Positions 1-13,116 of a stretch of DNA of 64,000 nt are shown piece after piece. Positions within the stretch are counted from its first letter, which is position 1. Each line of letters begins with the position of its first letter. The stretch spans positions 62,001-126,000 of the forward strand of contig NMRA01000194.1 of assembly GCA_002633005.1 (NCBI GenBank). Direction: 5' to 3'. The DNA comes from Phoronis australis. Its lineage: Eukaryota; Animalia; Phoronida. The notes under the pieces are model-generated. The model saw only the letters and a program-made list of their open reading frames with translations. It was not told the origin of the DNA and searched no databases. The position numbers and the translations under genes were made by a program.

Positions 1-2473
1 AAATATTTTGTATTGCGGCACATTAAATGTAGTTTCAAAAAGGGACAAATGTCCACAACTCAACGGACTGGGATTATTACATGTATTCCAAAACCAGACA
101 GGCCGAAACAGTTTTTGAAAAACTGGCGACCAATAACTTTACTGAATAGTGTATACAAAGTGGCTTCGGGATGCGTTGCAAACAGAATTAAAAAAGTCCT
201 AGATAAACTGATTTCAAATACCCAAACTGGATTTATTAAAGGAAGATTCATGGCTGAGAACACAAGACTAATTTATGATATTATGAGGTATACAGACAAA
301 TACAACATTCCAGGACTACTTGTGTTGATAGATTTTGAGAAGGCTTTTGATAGTGTTTCCTGGGACTTTATATTCAAAGTCCTGAATAATTTCAATTTCA
401 AAGCCAATATTATTCGATATATAAGAACTTTTTATAATAAACCAATTGCCCGTGTCATACAAAATGGATTTCTGTCAGACAACTTCATACTAGAACGCGG
501 ATGTCGACAAGGTGATCCTCTCTCCCCTTATATTTTTATACTGTGTGCTGAAATTTTGTCCATATTGTTTAAACATGATCCTGACGTGAAAGGTATTAAA
601 ATCGGCGACGAAAACTTCGTTATAACACAATACGCAGATGACACAACTTTCACGTTAGACGGAACTCCAAGATCCCTGGCAGCACTTATGAATAACCTAG
701 AGTTCTATGCAGGGATGTCGGGGCTGAAGAAAAACTATTCTAAGACAAAAGTAGTGTGGATTGGAAGTAGAAAATTCTCTCAAGAAGTGTTTCACCGCAC
801 GCGTTGGAAACTAAAATGGGGTGACGTTGATTTTAAGCTTCTGGGTATTAATTTCAGCGTGAACTTGGATACCATGTCCAAAGATAACTTCGATGCAAAA
901 ATAATGGAAATGAAGAGTCTGATTAATATATGGCCTCGTAGAAAGCTGACTATCTTTGCGAAGGTCACAGTATTAAAAACACTTGTGCTTCCAAAAATTA
1001 TAGATCTGCTAATGCTGCTACCAAGTCCCAATGATATTACTTTCAGAGATATTGAAACTTTGTTTTTTAAATTCATTTGGGACGGAAAACCTGATAAAAT
1101 AAAAAGAGGAGTACTCATTAAATCCATAGAAGAGGGTGGAATGATGATGATTGATGTCAAAAAATTTAAGATGTCTTTAAAAATTTCATGGATTAGAAGA
1201 TTCTTTTTAACAACATCCCCATGGACTTATTTGTTGCAAAAAGATATCGGGCTTACTAGAGATGGAATGTTGAACTATGGAGACTATAGATTAACTAGAT
1301 CGGATAATTGTAACTCTTTTTGGGCAGAATGCCTCCAGTATTGGAGCCTTTTAATTCACAAACTATTTCAGGTCACGAAGATGCGGTGTTAATTAATGTG
1401 TGGGCCAACAGTAGTATAACGGTGGAATACAGCCCTTGTATTTATGAGTCATTCGTTGAAAATGGTAGAATATTTGTGAACGATTTTTTAGACTGGAATG
1501 GTAACTTCTACACCTTTGAAAGTTTCCAGACGATTCATCAGATTAATGTCAGCTTTCTCAAATATTACTCAATTGTCAGTGCAATAAAAAATACCTGAAA
1601 ACGTTTTCCAAAAACTTAATACTAAAAAAGGTATATGGACCACTTGTACCTTTTTCCCTAAAAAATATTATTTTGACGAAAAAGGGGTGTCGGGATTCTT
1701 ACCATATTCTGTGCAAAAATGACATAATACCATCGGCTCAAAAGAAATTCGAAGTATTGGGATTTTCGCTATCACAGAAGATGTGGAACTTCTATTATAA
1801 ACTTCCACATGAATGTACGAATGACACAAGCTTAATTTTCTTTCAGTTCCGCTTACTGCATAGAATTCTTCCTACTAACTACTTTTTAAATAAGATAAGA
1901 TACGTGGACTCAAATGCTTGTACTTTTTGTAAATGCTTTCCCGAAACTCTAGAACACTTATTCTTTGATTGTGAATATGTTAATTCTTTCTGGCACGGGG
2001 TACGTCTCTGGTTAACGACTGCAATTCAAGTAAATTTTGAAATAGACAAAACCACCATAATATTTGGTCTTCAAAATGAAAAGAATAGAGTTTTGAATTG
2101 GATTCTTTTACAAACTAAAATTTTCATTTTAAAAGGAAATTTGCTAACGTCAAACCTAATTTAAGATGTCTTAAAAAATTTTGAATGAGTGTTTTAATGT
2201 AGAGGTTAGTGCTTCGTTAAACACACGGAAATTTAATGATATAAGAAAATGGGAAGACTGGAAATGTGTTTTTGAAACATGAGGGACCCAGAGAGTTGAC
2301 CAGATGCCAGAACAGAAACTTAAGTAGTACTTTTTAACTTCGAAGTAACAATGAAATGCTTTCTCGTTATTTTTATGCACAGCTCTGTACGTTGTTGTGT
2401 TGTGTTGTGTTGTGTGTATATTTGTATATGTATTTGTCTTTTGTAATAAATGTATTAGTTGTGAAAAAAATAA
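1..2473 (+). mobile_element. L1/Tx1-clade LINE, 3' part of ORF2 (RT + C-terminal zinc knuckle), frameshifted
   Basis: ORF 13-1392 has RT motifs (NWRPITLLN, IDFEKAFDSV, GCRQGDPLSP, QYADDTT). It continues in shifted frames 1320-1598 and 1673-2164 (HRILPTN, CTFCKCFPETLEHLFFDC). AATAAA near 2446 is followed by an A-rich tail at ~2464-2473. The 5' part lies outside the window. Confidence 0.93.
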
Positions 2474-3625
2474 TAATCTACCAGACTTATTGCCTTCACT
2501 TGTGATCACGATCAAACCCAGTGCGTTGGTACGTTCCAACAGAATAGATTGTCTTAACTTCGATTGTATAGTTGAGCGATTTTGGTGAGTCAAAAACTTT
2601 AAGCATGACCACTATTTGATGGGAATTCAGAAATGTCATTGGTTTATGTTCAAGCATTTTATAACTTAATTTATTTTTAACACCACAGCCCAGTGAGTAA
2701 ATAAGATATGATCTTATTGGAGATTAGAGCAACTATCGAACAAAAGAGAGCTGACCCTCCAACCCTAATTGCCAGAATGGACCTAATTAGTCGTCGGTGT
2801 AAAATAATGGCTATGTACAGCGGTCATCCGCCCAACTAGTGCTGTACAACCTAACAAGTTACACTAAACGGGAGAACTCCGTAATGTAAAAAGTTAAGAA
2901 CACAGACTCAAATCCTCTCCTGTGCAACGCTCGGGATTGCCAACGGACAAATATTCTTCTCTCACGCACGGTATTCCGCTCTCACGGATCTGAAGTCACC
3001 CCCCGATCAAGCACCAGGCACTTGTCGGCGTTTTGTAGTATCCCCACAACGTGTAATTATGTGCTCACAAAGAGACCAGACCCGCTCCCACTCATTATTT
3101 CGAACCGTTCCTATCCATCCCCGCCCTTAATCTGGTATACGTACTGCGCGTCCCTGAGCCGAGAAATTTGAAATAAATTCTTCTCCCAAGCACGCTTGGC
3201 CTCAGTTCCCACGGTTCGAAATTTGACTTTTATAATAAGAACACTTGGCTGCGATAGGAAAATTTTTAACATGTGGCCAAGTATTTTGGATTAGTCTTCA
3301 TGCAGTTCAGTAGTTAGATACTATATCCTGGCATGAGCAGTGTAAAAATGGCCAGTTGCCAAGCTGGGCAACTGAACGACGGACTGTTCGGAAAAATGTG
3401 ATTGTTTTCGCTTCAGGCCAGCTTCCCCACATCATATTCCTGGTCTGCACGCCATTCAATACTTACACTACCTAATTGTGGCATATATTGAAAAAGAAAG
3501 ATTTCCCTTGCCACGCGTTACTCAGGTGACCCCACACCTAAACATCCGTGTATCGAACATTGTTGAAAGATCGCCAATTGCGGGAATCATGTCTGCTTAT
3601 CCCAACCCCCTGTTGCGAAGGAACC

Positions 3626-4265
3626 CAGTGGCGGACTTAGAGGGGGGCCCAATACCCCCCTAAAATTCTCCCAGATTCCATTTGGCAGTTCGGGGGTCCG
3701 ACGCGCAAAATCCTGGCGAATACACGCTCGAACCCCCCCCCCCCTTTGACGAAGTGGGCAAAGAGGTCCTCCTTAGAGAAACACAAAGTCCGAGGAAACG
3801 AGACAAAAATCCACGGGAATTCGTCGCGAATGCACAATGCACGGAGTTGAACCTAGTACCCTGTTTTTTAGTACTTGTCTTCTTGTTCCAGCAAAAGGTC
3901 CACATGCCACGAAATTCGAGCCCCCCCCCNNNNNNNNNNNNNNNNNNNNNNNNNNNNNNNNNNNNNNNNNNNNNNNNNNNNNNNNNNNNNNNNNNNNNNN
4001 NNNNNNNNNNNNNNNNNNNNNNNNNNNNNNNNNNNNNNNNNNNNNNNNNNNNNNNNNNNNNNNNNNNNNNNNNNNNNNNNNNNNNNNNNNNNNNNNNNNN
4101 NNNNNNNNNNNNNNNNCCCGTTTTTTAGTACTCGTCTTCTTGTTCCAGTAAAACGTCCACATTACCGCAAAATTCAAGCCCCCTCCTATATTTTAGACTG
4201 GGTGCGCGCATGTGATCCTCTGCCTTGGTCCCTCCCCCCAAATCAAAATTCGGTGTCCGCCTCTG
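3626..4265. mobile_element. Non-autonomous hAT-like MITE with 5-bp TSD (GAACC); contains an N gap
   Basis: Termini CAGTGGCGGAC ... GTCCGCCTCTG. GAACC sits at both 3621-3625 and 4266-4270. The first ~75 bp match the left end of the hAT at 29665. Confidence 0.75.
3930..4116. other. Assembly gap (N run)
   Basis: Run of n. Confidence 1.
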
Positions 4266-5240
4266 GAACCGCTGAATAATGACAGGACGGGTTTTCACGG
4301 ACGTGAGGTCATTTTTTATGGGCTAAAAAGGCTTCACATTTAATTTAGACCATGTGAAAAAACTAGCCGGGGTCATTTTTAATGCTACACCTGCTCGGTT
4401 GGGTATATTTGCACTCGGTTTCAAGTGGGAAATTCTGTATTTTGGGTATAGGTCGAATGCACAATTCATTCATACAGGTTTGGTTACTATGCACTTTACA
4501 TTTTTGCGCAAGTTTTGAGTCACAAAACAAAGAGCTCGTAAGCAAACAGTGCAAATCCACAAAATTTCCAATATCAACTTAAACATAAGTACAGATTGTG
4601 CAGGGATATGTTTGTTTTAATACAACAGGAGAAATCTGATTCTGGATTACTTATTAAGAAATGAGCTCTTAAAGCAGTATATATTTCAACAGAGAATTAC
4701 ACTATTCACTTAGATGTACTGATTTTGATGGCTAGCGAGTAGGTTCGGGGATGATATTTTTCAGAACAAGTAAAAATACATGATTGTCATTAATACCAAA
4801 TATTAAAGTAAGACAGCATCATCAATGGATAACAGCATATTCTGGTCAATAATTATCTTTTAATTGATCTTATATGGTCTCAATCACCAAGACTGATGTG
4901 GAAACAACGCATAATCGCTCCGCGTAAACTATGGTGGCAGAACATAAAAAGCTAATGGCAGCAGCTCTAAACCCTATGGACGAACCAAATAACCCATGAT
5001 TCAAAGGCAAGACCAAACAACTTAACTCTTTGGCTGCAAACATAACACTGCGAGCCCGCGGGTTTTCTGACTGATGTCGTAGGGCTCCCAGTGTTTTCCG
5101 CTATTTCTGTCCTGTGTAGCGCTCTCCATTATGGCGTCATTGACGACGCGAGCTGCATGTATCTGAGTGGCGCGCGCCCAGTCTGTGTGATGTCTCTCAC
5201 TGATTGTTTACACGACAATAAACTTTGAGTGTCAATTTTT

Positions 5241-6619
5241 TACTCCGCCCGTGTAAGCGCAGAGTACTGTTGTTCCAGGGTTTTCTTCAATTTTATTCTT
5301 CTTATTACTGTGAGCGTGTAAGCGCAGAGTACTGTTGTTCCTGGGTTTTCTTCAATTTTATTACTCTGCGCGTGTAAGCGCAGAGTACTGTTGTTCCTGG
5401 GTTTTCTACAATTTTATTCTTATTCTTATTCTTATTCTTCTTATTCTTCTTCCGACCAACTTTGAGGCTTAATAACTCCAAATTGGGTGCAGGTACGGTC
5501 TTTAAATTCAGCATACGTTTTTTGACAGTATATAAATTTTAATTGGTTATATAATCATATTCCACATTGCACCGGAAGAGGTCGTTTAGTGCAAAGGTCA
5601 TCTAATTTTCAAAATGCTACTCCTCCTTCAGTTTTAAAGCTATCTTTTTCAAATTCGGTGCACAGGTATAAATCAACATGACAATTAAAAGAATTGCTTT
5701 TCTAAGAAATCGGGTCATCCAATCAGGTGAAATAGGTCAAAGGTCATTAGGTGCAAACTAAAATTTTGAGCTAGACACTTCAAATTGACAGGTCTGATTG
5801 CCACAGGTAAATCAAATCGGAATCCAAAGTTTTAGGTCATTTAGTGCAAACATGGGGTCATTAGGTGCATTTTTCTTATGAAAACTTGACCTTTTCAATC
5901 ACCAAGTATTCTGATGTGTCAACCGTTAGACAACTGTGATTCTCAGTGTTAAACACATTTTCCATGGGCTTTGCAATAATTCTCCTAAAGATGCTTAAAA
6001 TGTACCGGATAAGGTCAATTAGTGCAAAGGTCTTGTAACGTTCAAAATGTTATATGTCTTACGTTTTTCAAAGAATTCTTTTCAATTTCAGCACACTGGT
6101 GTAAGTCAACATGGCAATTGAATACCCTACTTTACTTTGCAATAGGCCTAACCAATCAGAAAAAATAGGTCAAAGGTCATTGAGTGCAAACTAAAATTTT
6201 GAGCTAGAGACTTTAGAATTACGTATCTGTTTAGTAAAAACGATTGAGTTTGAATTATAAATTTTCAGGTCATTTGGTGCACCCATGGGGTCATTAGGTG
6301 CATTTTTCTTCTGAAAGTTTGACCACTTCATTCATCTTGTATTCTGAAGTGCTTAGAGTAAAACATCTGTGATTATTGGCATTAATCACGCTTTTAATCG
6401 AGTTAATAATTACTCGCTCATCAGGGCTCATAATTCACCGGAAGAGGTCAATTAGTGGAAAGGTCATCAAAAAATTAATATGTAATTTCTCCTACAATTT
6501 TAAAGAATTCCTTTTCATATTGGTAAACGGGTTGCTGTCAGTAACTTCCCATAATAATTCCAGTAATACGCACGCGCAGAGTCCGTTATTGTCACGCCGT
6601 GACAATAATCTTTCTAGTT
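5241..6619 (+). mobile_element. Helentron-associated non-autonomous element (HINE/DINE-1-like), copy 1
   Basis: The 5' stem-loop TACTCTGCGC-GTGTAA-GCGCAGAGTA is present as three degenerate copies, followed by a (TTATTC/TTC)n microsatellite and internal GGTCATT(T/A)GTGCA core repeats. The 3' end has the subterminal inverted copy CACGCGCAGAGT, the hairpin TTATTGTCACG-C-CGTGACAATAA and a terminal TCTAGTT. Confidence 0.75.
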
Positions 6620-6622
6620 CTA

Positions 6623-7859
6623 CTTATTACTCAGCGCGTGTAAGCTCAGAGTACTGTTGTTCCTGGGTTTTCTTCAATTTTATTCCTATTCTTATTCTTC
6701 TTATTCTTCTTCCGACCAAATTTGAGGTTTAATAACTCCAAATTGGGTGCAGGTACGGTCTTTAAATTCAGCATATTGGTTTTGACAGTATATAAGTTTT
6801 GATTGGTCATATAATCATATTCCATATTGCACCAGAAGAGGTCGTTTGGTGGAAAGGTCATATAATTTTCAAAATGCTACTCCTCCTTCAGTTTTAAAGC
6901 TATCTTTTTCAAATTCGATGCACAGATAAAAGTCAACATGACAATTTAAAAAATTACTTTCCTAAGTATTCGGATCATATGATCAGGTGAAATAGGTCAA
7001 AGGTCATTAGGTGCAAACTAAAATTTTGAGCTAAACACTTCAAATTGACAGGTCTGATTGCCACAGGTAAATCAAATCGGAATCCAAAGTTTCAGGTCAT
7101 TTAGTGCAAACATGGGGTCATTAGGTGCATTTTTCTTCTGAAAATTCGACCTTTTCAATCAGGAAGTATTCTGATGTGTCAACCGTTTGACAACTGTGAT
7201 TGTCAGCGTTAAACACATTTCTATAGGCTTTGGAATAATTCTGCTAAAGATGCTTAAAATGCACCGGATAAGGTCAATTAGTGCAAAGGTCATGTAACGC
7301 TCAAAATGTTATATGTCTTACGTTTTTCAAAGAATTTTTTTCAATTTCAGCACACTTGGGCAAGTCAACATGCCAATTGAATACCTTACTTTACTTTGCA
7401 CTAGGCCTAAGCAATCAGAAAAAAATATGTCAAAGGTCATTGAGTGCAAGCTAAAATTTTGAGCTAGAGACTTCAAAATTACATATCTGTTTACTAAGTG
7501 CGATTGAGTTTGAATTCTAAATTTTCAGGTTATTTGGTGCAGTTTTCTTCTGAAAGTTTGACCAATTCATTCATCTCGTATTCTGAAATGCCTAAAGTAC
7601 AACATCTGTGATTTTTAGCATTAACCACACTTTTAAACGAGTTAACAATTACTCCCTCATCGGGGCTCATAATGCACCGGAAGAGGTCAATTAGCGGAAA
7701 GGTCATCAAAAAATTAATGTGTAATTTGTCCTACAATTTTAACGAATTCCTTTTCATATTGGTAAACGGGTGGCTGTCAGTAACTTCCCATAATAATTCC
7801 AGTAATACGCACGTGCAGAGTCCGTTATTGTCACGCCGTGACAATAATCTTTCTAGTTT
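6623..7859 (+). mobile_element. HINE copy 2, tandem head-to-tail with copy 1
   Basis: Colinear, highly similar repeat of ~5360-6619 with the same 5' stem-loop, 3' hairpin and TCTAGTT end. Confidence 0.75.
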
Positions 7860-7984
7860 TACATTTGTTCTTGTTTGGACAAATTTTTGTGTTTGAGTAC
7901 CACCATGTAACCATAGACAACGCACATGAGAAGTACAGTTGATATTTGTAGTTTAAGTTATGTAGCATTTTATGACACATAATC

Positions 7985-8900
7985 TCAAAATATCTGTACG
8001 GACTCGTCGTACTCGAGTTTCTCGTGACTGTCCGAACTCGTTATGAGTAACTGTACTGTTTCGCATTCAGCAGGTGGTGTTTTCCAAATTATTGTGTCGT
8101 CTAAATATGCATCAATACTTATAGAAAGTAACACATTCCTGTACATATACACCAGTATTTTGATAAATAATGTCAAATGATTCTACAATTAATCGGATTC
8201 CTGGTCAAAAATTTGTTGTCCGATTTACTGCACCGACTACATCTCCCAGAAATCACTGAGATTTGTTGGTTTCTATGACGTAATTCACGTATATTGCCCA
8301 GTATTTAACTTCAAAGATACATGTAAGCCAACTGTTGCAACGACTTCGAACTGGAGGAAATATCTAATATTCGCATATAACAGACCGCAAGGTTTGGCGC
8401 GAGAATGACTCGTTTCGACGATTTCCACATTTGGCATGTAGGACCGCTCATCTTCTTAAATTTCTCCAGTGCCAGTTCACGTCCCTTCTTAGTGGGACTG
8501 AGAATTTCAATCTCAGTGACAAATTGCATTTTGTGTATACATTCTTTCAAATCCAAGCGCAGATGGTGCGTGGATTTGTCAAATATTTGCCCCTAATGGA
8601 CTGCAGGTGTAACAAATTTCTCAGTCCTTCTACTTTTTCATTTCCCTGTTTAAGTCTTTGTTGCCTGTATTTCAAGTTTGGTTCATCTTTGCAGCCGACC
8701 AGCTCAATGTGTGCACCAGTTTTAGTTTCCCCGACATTTATCTTCTTGCCGTCAAATCTCAACTGACACGCACTAGCTTTGGGAGCGATATCATAAGTAA
8801 ATCCAGGAGTTATAGATTTATCCACTTTCGACGTACATGTATGCAATTGCTCAGCGTTTGGCACGGCAAAGTTTATTTTCTATTCTAATTAGTCTTTGCC
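7985..8900 (-). pseudogene. Decayed coding fragment of unknown, probably transposon-associated family
   Basis: Consecutive protein-like frames (INFAVPNAEQL...PG...LRFDGKKINVG...IELVG..EPNL; LLSISIDAYLDDTIIWK) are broken by frameshifts. The family was not securely identified. Confidence 0.35.
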
Positions 8901-9561
8901 AGGTTTCATTCCGATATTCGTGTGACATCTGACCCCTCACGATAGACAGGAATTACGACAATTTGAAGAACTGGTAATTACAATGGAAAATCAGAGGCAA
9001 GCCGTGTGTTCAATGGTGCTATCAAAAGGATAAACCCTCTGGAAAGATAAGCAGTGAAAACACTAAATAGAAAATTATGGGGACTTTAGTGCGCACTGAA
9101 ATTCCATTGGTTGTGGGTGACTCGGTTGTATGACAAAGTATACTAAACTGAGCATTCCTACTGGCACGTAAAATCAGCCAAAAAACCAAAGAAAATTGAC
9201 TAAAGTCCCAGCTGAGAGAGATGGAACTGGCCAATAAGGTGTCTAGAAAAAGCATCTGCGCAGCGTCAAAAAAGCCTATTTTAAGGACCGAACCAAAAAG
9301 AGAAAAGGGGGTGCCAGGTACTGGACGGTGGAAATTAGGCTTGTAAAGTACCTTAAGAACATTACAAATTTAAACCAATCAGTGCTAACCTAACATACAC
9401 GAAAAACCAATATGGCTACGAATGGACATGGCGATGACTTTCTGTTAAATATGCAACGATTGGGGCTATTCAAAAAACTTACATTAACCAGAGGGCGCGC
9501 GTGTACTAGTGGTGTTAGATTAAGCCGCCTCGACTTCGAGAGCCCTTTAAACACAAGGTGA

Positions 9562-11640
9562 AATGGCTTGCAGCAGTGCCAACTGAAAATGAGATTGCGT
9601 GAAAAGGGTTCTTCTATGAGTGGAAAAAAGCACGACCTTACACAAAGGTAAGGTTTGTGACTATTTACCCCATGTTTATTCTACTGATGCCTGTTAACTG
9701 AGGTACTCGCCAATGTCGACTTTGCAGCAGTCGCCAGTCGGGTTAATAATCATTGTTGGTTTTATGTGTGTTACGATATTTGACTCAGCACTCGGGATCT
9801 TTTCGTACATTAAAGCAGTATTATTAATGTTTGGAATGATTTCTAACGGTTTTATCAGTGACAGTTACATCAATCAATGCTGAAGGTTTATGCTGTCAAC
9901 TCGATATTTGCTAGTGAGTTAAGATTACAATCCAAGCCCAATGGCAAAGGGTACGTGACAAATATCCATTGGCATTAGACTATTTGTTTACTCCCTATCC
10001 TGTGTCTTCCGGAAATCTATTACACGTTGAAATGGGAATCTATGATGTCTGTTTTCACGTGACCTTTGGTTTTAGGTTTGAGGGCTTGTACAATGCAGAG
10101 GAGATATGCATCGCTGCTGCACCGTTCCTGAATGGTCAAAAATTGGTTTTAAGCAGTTGACTGCAGCCAACCAGCAAGATCTTCCCATCCAGTGCAGATC
10201 TGTTGTCAAAGCCTACATTCTATATCGGAGACAATGAACAAAGTCTTTGAAAAGAGACAGCTATTTTTAAAGAAAGGAGAAAGGTTTGCAAGTCGTTTTG
10301 CTAATTTACTTATTTAGGTCCTCTGCGGGGGTTTGGCATAGGGGGTTGGGGATGTAAAATTTGGTGCAACTAAATGTGTGGAAATAACAGGTAATACTGT
10401 CTGGGGGAAAGAGCATGGTGGGGTAATTCTTAACCTTCATGAAGTTCGCTCAAGTTTATTTCATGAAATTGTTTTGCTATCAATTGTAAGCCCAAAAAAA
10501 TATATTACATTTTTTGAATTCTCAATGACTGAATAGTCTTAACTCGTGCCTTAAAATGTTGCACGTCGTTTTTTAATTCAAATGACTGCCATTTTTGTGA
10601 AAATTGCACTTTTGATAGTGCCTTGCGATTTCTAATTACTCTTAAACAACATAAAGATTATCCAGCATTTTTAAATGGCCCAAGTCTTCATATCTTCTAT
10701 TAGAAGAAAAATAAAAAGTTTGAGAAACTGTTCCCTCAGCCTTAGACCAGAAGTATGCTTGACATACCCATGAATCTGTAATCGGAATTTAAAATTGCTG
10801 AAAGTATCAAAAATAAAAAGGCTTGAAAATGGGTAACAAAGGTTTGAAGCTGTTTCAAATATCTTGCATATTTTGCAGACAAGTGATGCGTTTAAATAAT
10901 TGTTATGGCTACGAATGAAAAATAAAGACGCAGTTTTATACAATACTTTTTATATACACCCTTGCTTTCTGGTAATAGGAATTATTTAATTTTGTGTGAC
11001 ATTGCAGAGCAGTCATCATATATTTTTGAAAAACAGAGGTAGCATTTTTGACCCACCTTGGAGTACTTAATTATTCATATTTCAATATTTGTTCCAGGTT
11101 CCGTGACATTTTAAGGCCACTTCAAGCCGCAACATAGACAAGCTTTGTTACTCCTTTCTCTTTCCACAGCATTTCCACAAACCAGTAGTATACAATGTAC
11201 AATAATTCAGTGCCCCTGGAGAAATGTGAATTGCAGTACAAAGTCACCATAAGACAATGTACCAGTGGATTTTTTGTGTTTGAAGAGGAACTATATCTGA
11301 CTGCTACACTTATCAGCCTCGTTGGCGAGGATGCCCTTTCATAGACAATGAGTCATGTGTGGACAATAGCTTATTTCCTTTCCTGGGAGAAACATGAGGG
11401 ACTGAAGCTAAAGAAGATGTAGTGACACTCTGGTCTAGTTCATGGTCAGATTTTGGGTACAAAACGAGTCAAGTGGTATGCTGTTGTGTTTACCATCAAG
11501 GATCTGATTGTAGATGTTACTGAGGCTGAATTAGGTTACATGAAGGAAAGGCACGTGCCGAAACTGGACCTTGTTACAAGCGCTACTATAGGTCATTGAA
11601 ATTTGATCCCAGTGAAATGAAAGCCAAAAGCATCTGGCTT
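9562..11640 (+). pseudogene. Decayed spliced SAP-domain / YqaJ (lambda-exonuclease-like) transposon accessory gene
   Basis: 9562-9647 reads QLKMRLREKGSSMSGKKHDLTQR (SAP-like) and ends at a GTAAG donor (9648). 11180-11580 reads ALEKCELQYKVTIRQCTSGFFVFEEELYLTATLISLVGED and LKLKKM**HSGLVHGQILGTKRVKWYAVVFTIKDLIV...PKLD, matching the YqaJ GLFV..PYLAASPDG and QVQGQ..W.DFVV motifs. Confidence 0.55.
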
Positions 11641-12349
11641 AAATACCTGTCCTTTTTCACTGAGTGATGTTAACTTTTCCTTTCAGAAGAAAGGTTTTAT
11701 ATTATTGGTAAAATCTTTCCAGTTTGGTATACATTATGGGGAAATGACATTCAGTGTCTTATCCTTAGTAGAAAGCCCGTTAATGTTACACTTTGATGAT
11801 CGAATAAATTTTTAATCAACAGACAAGTTTGTCACTAATTATTGAAACCACAATATTTCTTCAGTTTTAGAGCCCCATACAGTGCAGTTGTGTTGATTCT
11901 TTATGAAGCTGAAATGATTACCGATTGCGCTTGCGAATTGTCATTTCTCTGTTGACCTATAGAAATGTGCAGCTATAAAAATGAAGTATTCCTTTTGTTT
12001 GTGTTTGATTTGTTTTTGAGTGTAATTATTTTTAGAGCTTTCTTAAGAAGGACTTTGGACAATTTTAAGTTTTGTGTTAACTTGTCTACAACAAAAGTTC
12101 CACATGCAAGAAAAGTAATACTATGTTTTCAATTGTAGCTAGCCGGATAAGAATATGCTATGCAAAAGATTCGAGATTAAACAATTATCAATGTATTTAA
12201 AAACAAAATGGCAAACTGAACAACCACATACATACAAGGAAATAACATTGTTAAAAAGAGTTGTAATTTTCTAATGCAATGAAGTCCATAGTCAGGCATA
12301 TCAAGGGCTGACTTTCTGGATTAGGTTCAATTCTCTCAAAATATTGCTG

Positions 12350-12980
12350 AAGGATCATTGCTTTTTACTCTGTCCAGATAGATGGTCAGGTGGATGGTTT
12401 CAGTCGTTTTCTCTCACCTGTAACAGATTAGTCAGAGAAATATTAGCAAATTATAAAAGAAAACACAAGATAAACTGCTTTTGTAAGGCAGAACATACTT
12501 GACGTTTCATCTTCATGTTTATATGTAGAAACTACAGTAATACTTATTTAAGATCTGAATTAAAATATGTGAAACAGGCTAAAAGTGATTTAACAATGTG
12601 TATTTTTCACGACACCTAAAATGTGTTTCTGATCTCAACAAATAAAATTCCTTTTGGGTGTCAATTTTTATTCCAGTGCAATGTTACGACATTTACTGAG
12701 TAGCTTATTCATGTTAATTCGATAGCTAATCTAGAAGGCCTGGTGGTGGGGTCCGCTGTAAAATATGGAAAATCATTCATCTAGATAATTTTATAGGACA
12801 TAGCATAGTTTTGAAGAGAAACTGCTGTGAAAAGTCACCCTTGACTTCTGAGCGTCACATACCACACACCTCTTATATTGGGCGAACTCTCACCCAGGAC
12901 AATGTGAATATGTGCTGCTAGCCTACCATCCGGGTCCCGGATGAGTTTCCGAAAAGAGACACTTAGTTCCGCCAATAAGC
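12350..12980 (-). pseudogene. Possible decayed, intron-split THAP domain, convergent with the YqaJ relic
   Basis: Minus strand gives VSFRKLIRDPDGRLAA (~12850-12975) and, after an AG acceptor, GERKRLKPST*PSIW (~12370-12420), resembling the THAP SFHxxP and RLKxxAVPSI motifs. Confidence 0.35.
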
Positions 12981-13116
12981 TATACATTTATATGATTCAA
13001 CGCTTTCAAAGTTTTCTAAATGCTCACTTTGTTTTCGTTTCATGCAAGTTCTCAAAGGTACAAGAACCAGCATGATGAGAAGGTCAAGGTCACAGGACAT
13101 GAATGTGTGAGATATG

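Noticed and set aside
3682-4279. ORFs spanning N runs (also 40908-41551 and 50732-51020)
   Set aside because: Artefacts of assembly gaps.
5305-7925. Repeated short ORFs (MLNLKTVPAPNLE..., ...HRKRSISGKVIKK...)
   Set aside because: They recur only because the non-coding HINE is duplicated.
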